From Scyliorhinus canicula (Eukaryota): 64,000 nucleotides of DNA. The translations under genes and the position numbers were made by a program. Each line of letters begins with the position of its first letter. Positions within the stretch are counted from its first letter, which is position 1. The notes under the pieces are model-generated. The model was not told the origin of the DNA. It saw nothing but the letters and a program-made list of their open reading frames with translations, and made no database searches. The DNA is taken from contig NW_024055909.1 in NCBI RefSeq assembly GCF_902713615.1, positions 248,001-312,000 on the forward strand. Direction: 5' to 3'. Shown in pieces: positions 61,982 through 64,000 of this stretch.

Positions 61982-64000
61982 CATATTCTCTTGATCACCC
62001 TTAAAGAAAGATGTCTTTATTTTATGATGCCAGTTTTTTTTGTGACGAGAGAAACATCTTGCTGAGGTTCTCCATTTTGCACATCCAGAATCTTCGGAAT
62101 CATACCTGTGTTTTCAGCAATATTCAAGTGCAGAGTGATCAAGAGACTGTTTCGATTCGTAACCTGCAGTTGAAAAGAATCATGATTGGACATCTTGCGT
62201 GTTTTTGTTCCGTTGTTCATTTTTGCGGGATGTGGGTTTCGCTGGCTGGGCCACCATTTGTTGCCTAACCATAATTGCTCGAGAAGGTGGTGGTGAGCTG
62301 TCTTCTTGATCCGTTGCAGTCCATGTGGTGCAGGTACATCCACTTTGCTATTGGGGGGGGGGGGGGGGGCGTTATCATTATACGGTTAAGGTAACTTCGA
62401 TTTTCACTTTAGTTTTTGTTAATGTGCTCATAAATAGCTTTTCTCGCTCCTGTGCTCAGATATTTCTTCCTTTTATGTCGCAGTTATATTTGCTCACTGG
62501 TATGTTACAGGTGTAGATAGTGCTGGTAGCTCAGACCCCAAGTGTTCTTTTCTCAATTACTCTCTAAGCTGTTGTATCCTCTTAGTGTAAGTTTGAAACA
62601 TACGTTCTCCCGAACATACTCTGTGTGAATTTGTCAATAAATTGTTAAACTAATTAACTTGAAATTGTTTGCATTTCTTTTTCTAAGGTTCCTCCCCAGC
62701 TTTCGATTTTCCCTATTAAAGCCTCCCCCCCCCAACCCACTCCGCACTGCCCCCTCCCCCCGCACACACACACACACGGAGGGATCATGGCAGCCAATCA
62801 CTTTCGCATGATGTTATCAGAAAACGCAGAGGCAGAATGACCACACAGCCAGAAGAACCTCTCTGAACTCTTTCATATGATGATTCGTCAAAATCACATG
62901 CCAGTTTCTTGTAAAGGGCACCACACTGATCCATCCCAGCCCGAACAGAACGGAAATTGGAAAATTAAAACTGCCTGTACAGTGTCTCAGTCAAACGCTA
63001 CGGTGCAGGCACAGCATGGGGTTAGATTCAGAGTAACGCGGCTGTAGACTGTGCCAGCCTACATTCCCAAGGCATTTTCAACTTACCCGCAGTTCCAATT
63101 TAACCATTTGGGTTGTGGATACCCTCGGATCTAATATCTAATATATTCCATGATAGATACACAGTGAAGTTCCTTCTTCAACGGCCAATCAGTGGCTTTC
63201 CCGACGGGTACATTCGGGGTTAGATAGAGAGAAACTCCCTTTATGCTGCACCTCTCAAACACGGCGAGGACAGGTTTAGTGCTGGATTAGATAGACAGTA
63301 AACCCCCTCTATATAGAACCATAGAAAAGGTACCGTGCAGAAAGAGGCCATTCAGACAATAGTGTCTGCGCCGGCCACGACAAGAGAAAATCCACTAGTC
63401 GCTCATTTCTCTCTCACTTTCCAGCAATTGGTCCGTAACCTTGCAGGTTGCAGCACTTCAAATGCACCCCCAGGTATCGTTTAAATTAGTTGAGCTTTTC
63501 AGCCTCAACGACCTTCCGAGACAATGAATTCCAGACACCCACCACCCTCTGAGTGAAAAAAAATTCATCACGCCCCCGCTAATTGTTCTCCCAATCATCT
63601 TACTACAATGCCTCCGAGTACTTCACGACAAACCTTACAACATGCCAAACATCAGCTGGCCAATACTGTTACTTGTTTCGTGCTCAGACGAATTAATTTC
63701 CATATTGCTACTATCCATTATATTATATGAGCTCCATACTTAATATCACAATCCCAGGCCAGACCCCAATAGTGGATAGGATACTTGACCGAACCCCCAA
63801 TGTTTTATTTAAATTTTGTAAAACTATGATGAAACGATACCTTGCTCCAGGAGTGATTGCACGAAGAAATCGAGATATGGTCTATTAAAGCAAACAAACT
63901 TTATTACTAACACGATATTAAAATCTTTAACATAATACCCGACAATAGCTGTCAGACATTCTAGCTGCATGTCTTCAAAGGCTGTTTTAACGGGCTTGTT

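Overview
Repeat-rich vertebrate genomic DNA from a cartilaginous fish (shark-type SINE/CR1 landscape, cluster-type immunoglobulin locus). Two host genes are supported. (1) An intact two-exon class-A GPCR of the elasmobranch 'GPR139-like' group on the minus strand (exon 1 16451-16520, exon 2 14008-14909, 323 aa). (2) A complete IgM heavy-chain cluster on the plus strand, 38983-61913: leader, an already joined V-D-J exon with no RSS, Cmu1-Cmu4, secretory tail, TM1 and TM2. All exons have canonical splice sites and compatible phases. However, Cmu1 carries an in-frame TAG (47472-47474) and the secretory tail has an apparent 2-nt deletion that removes the penultimate Cys. It is therefore either a germline-joined IgM pseudogene or an unusual locus that is open only if Cmu1 is skipped. 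Between the two genes lies an apparently identical 4,416-bp tandem duplication bounded by two SINE copies. It overlaps an L1 insertion with a 5' inversion and a 13-bp target-site duplication. The rest is an internally deleted Gypsy LTR element, decayed CR1, L1, Rex/Babar-type and other LINE pieces, many tRNA-derived SINEs, Penelope-type hairpins with hammerhead-like cores, and micro/minisatellites. No CRISPR, rRNA or true tRNA genes were found. Repeat boundaries are by-eye estimates; exon boundaries were read from the sequence. No database searches were run.
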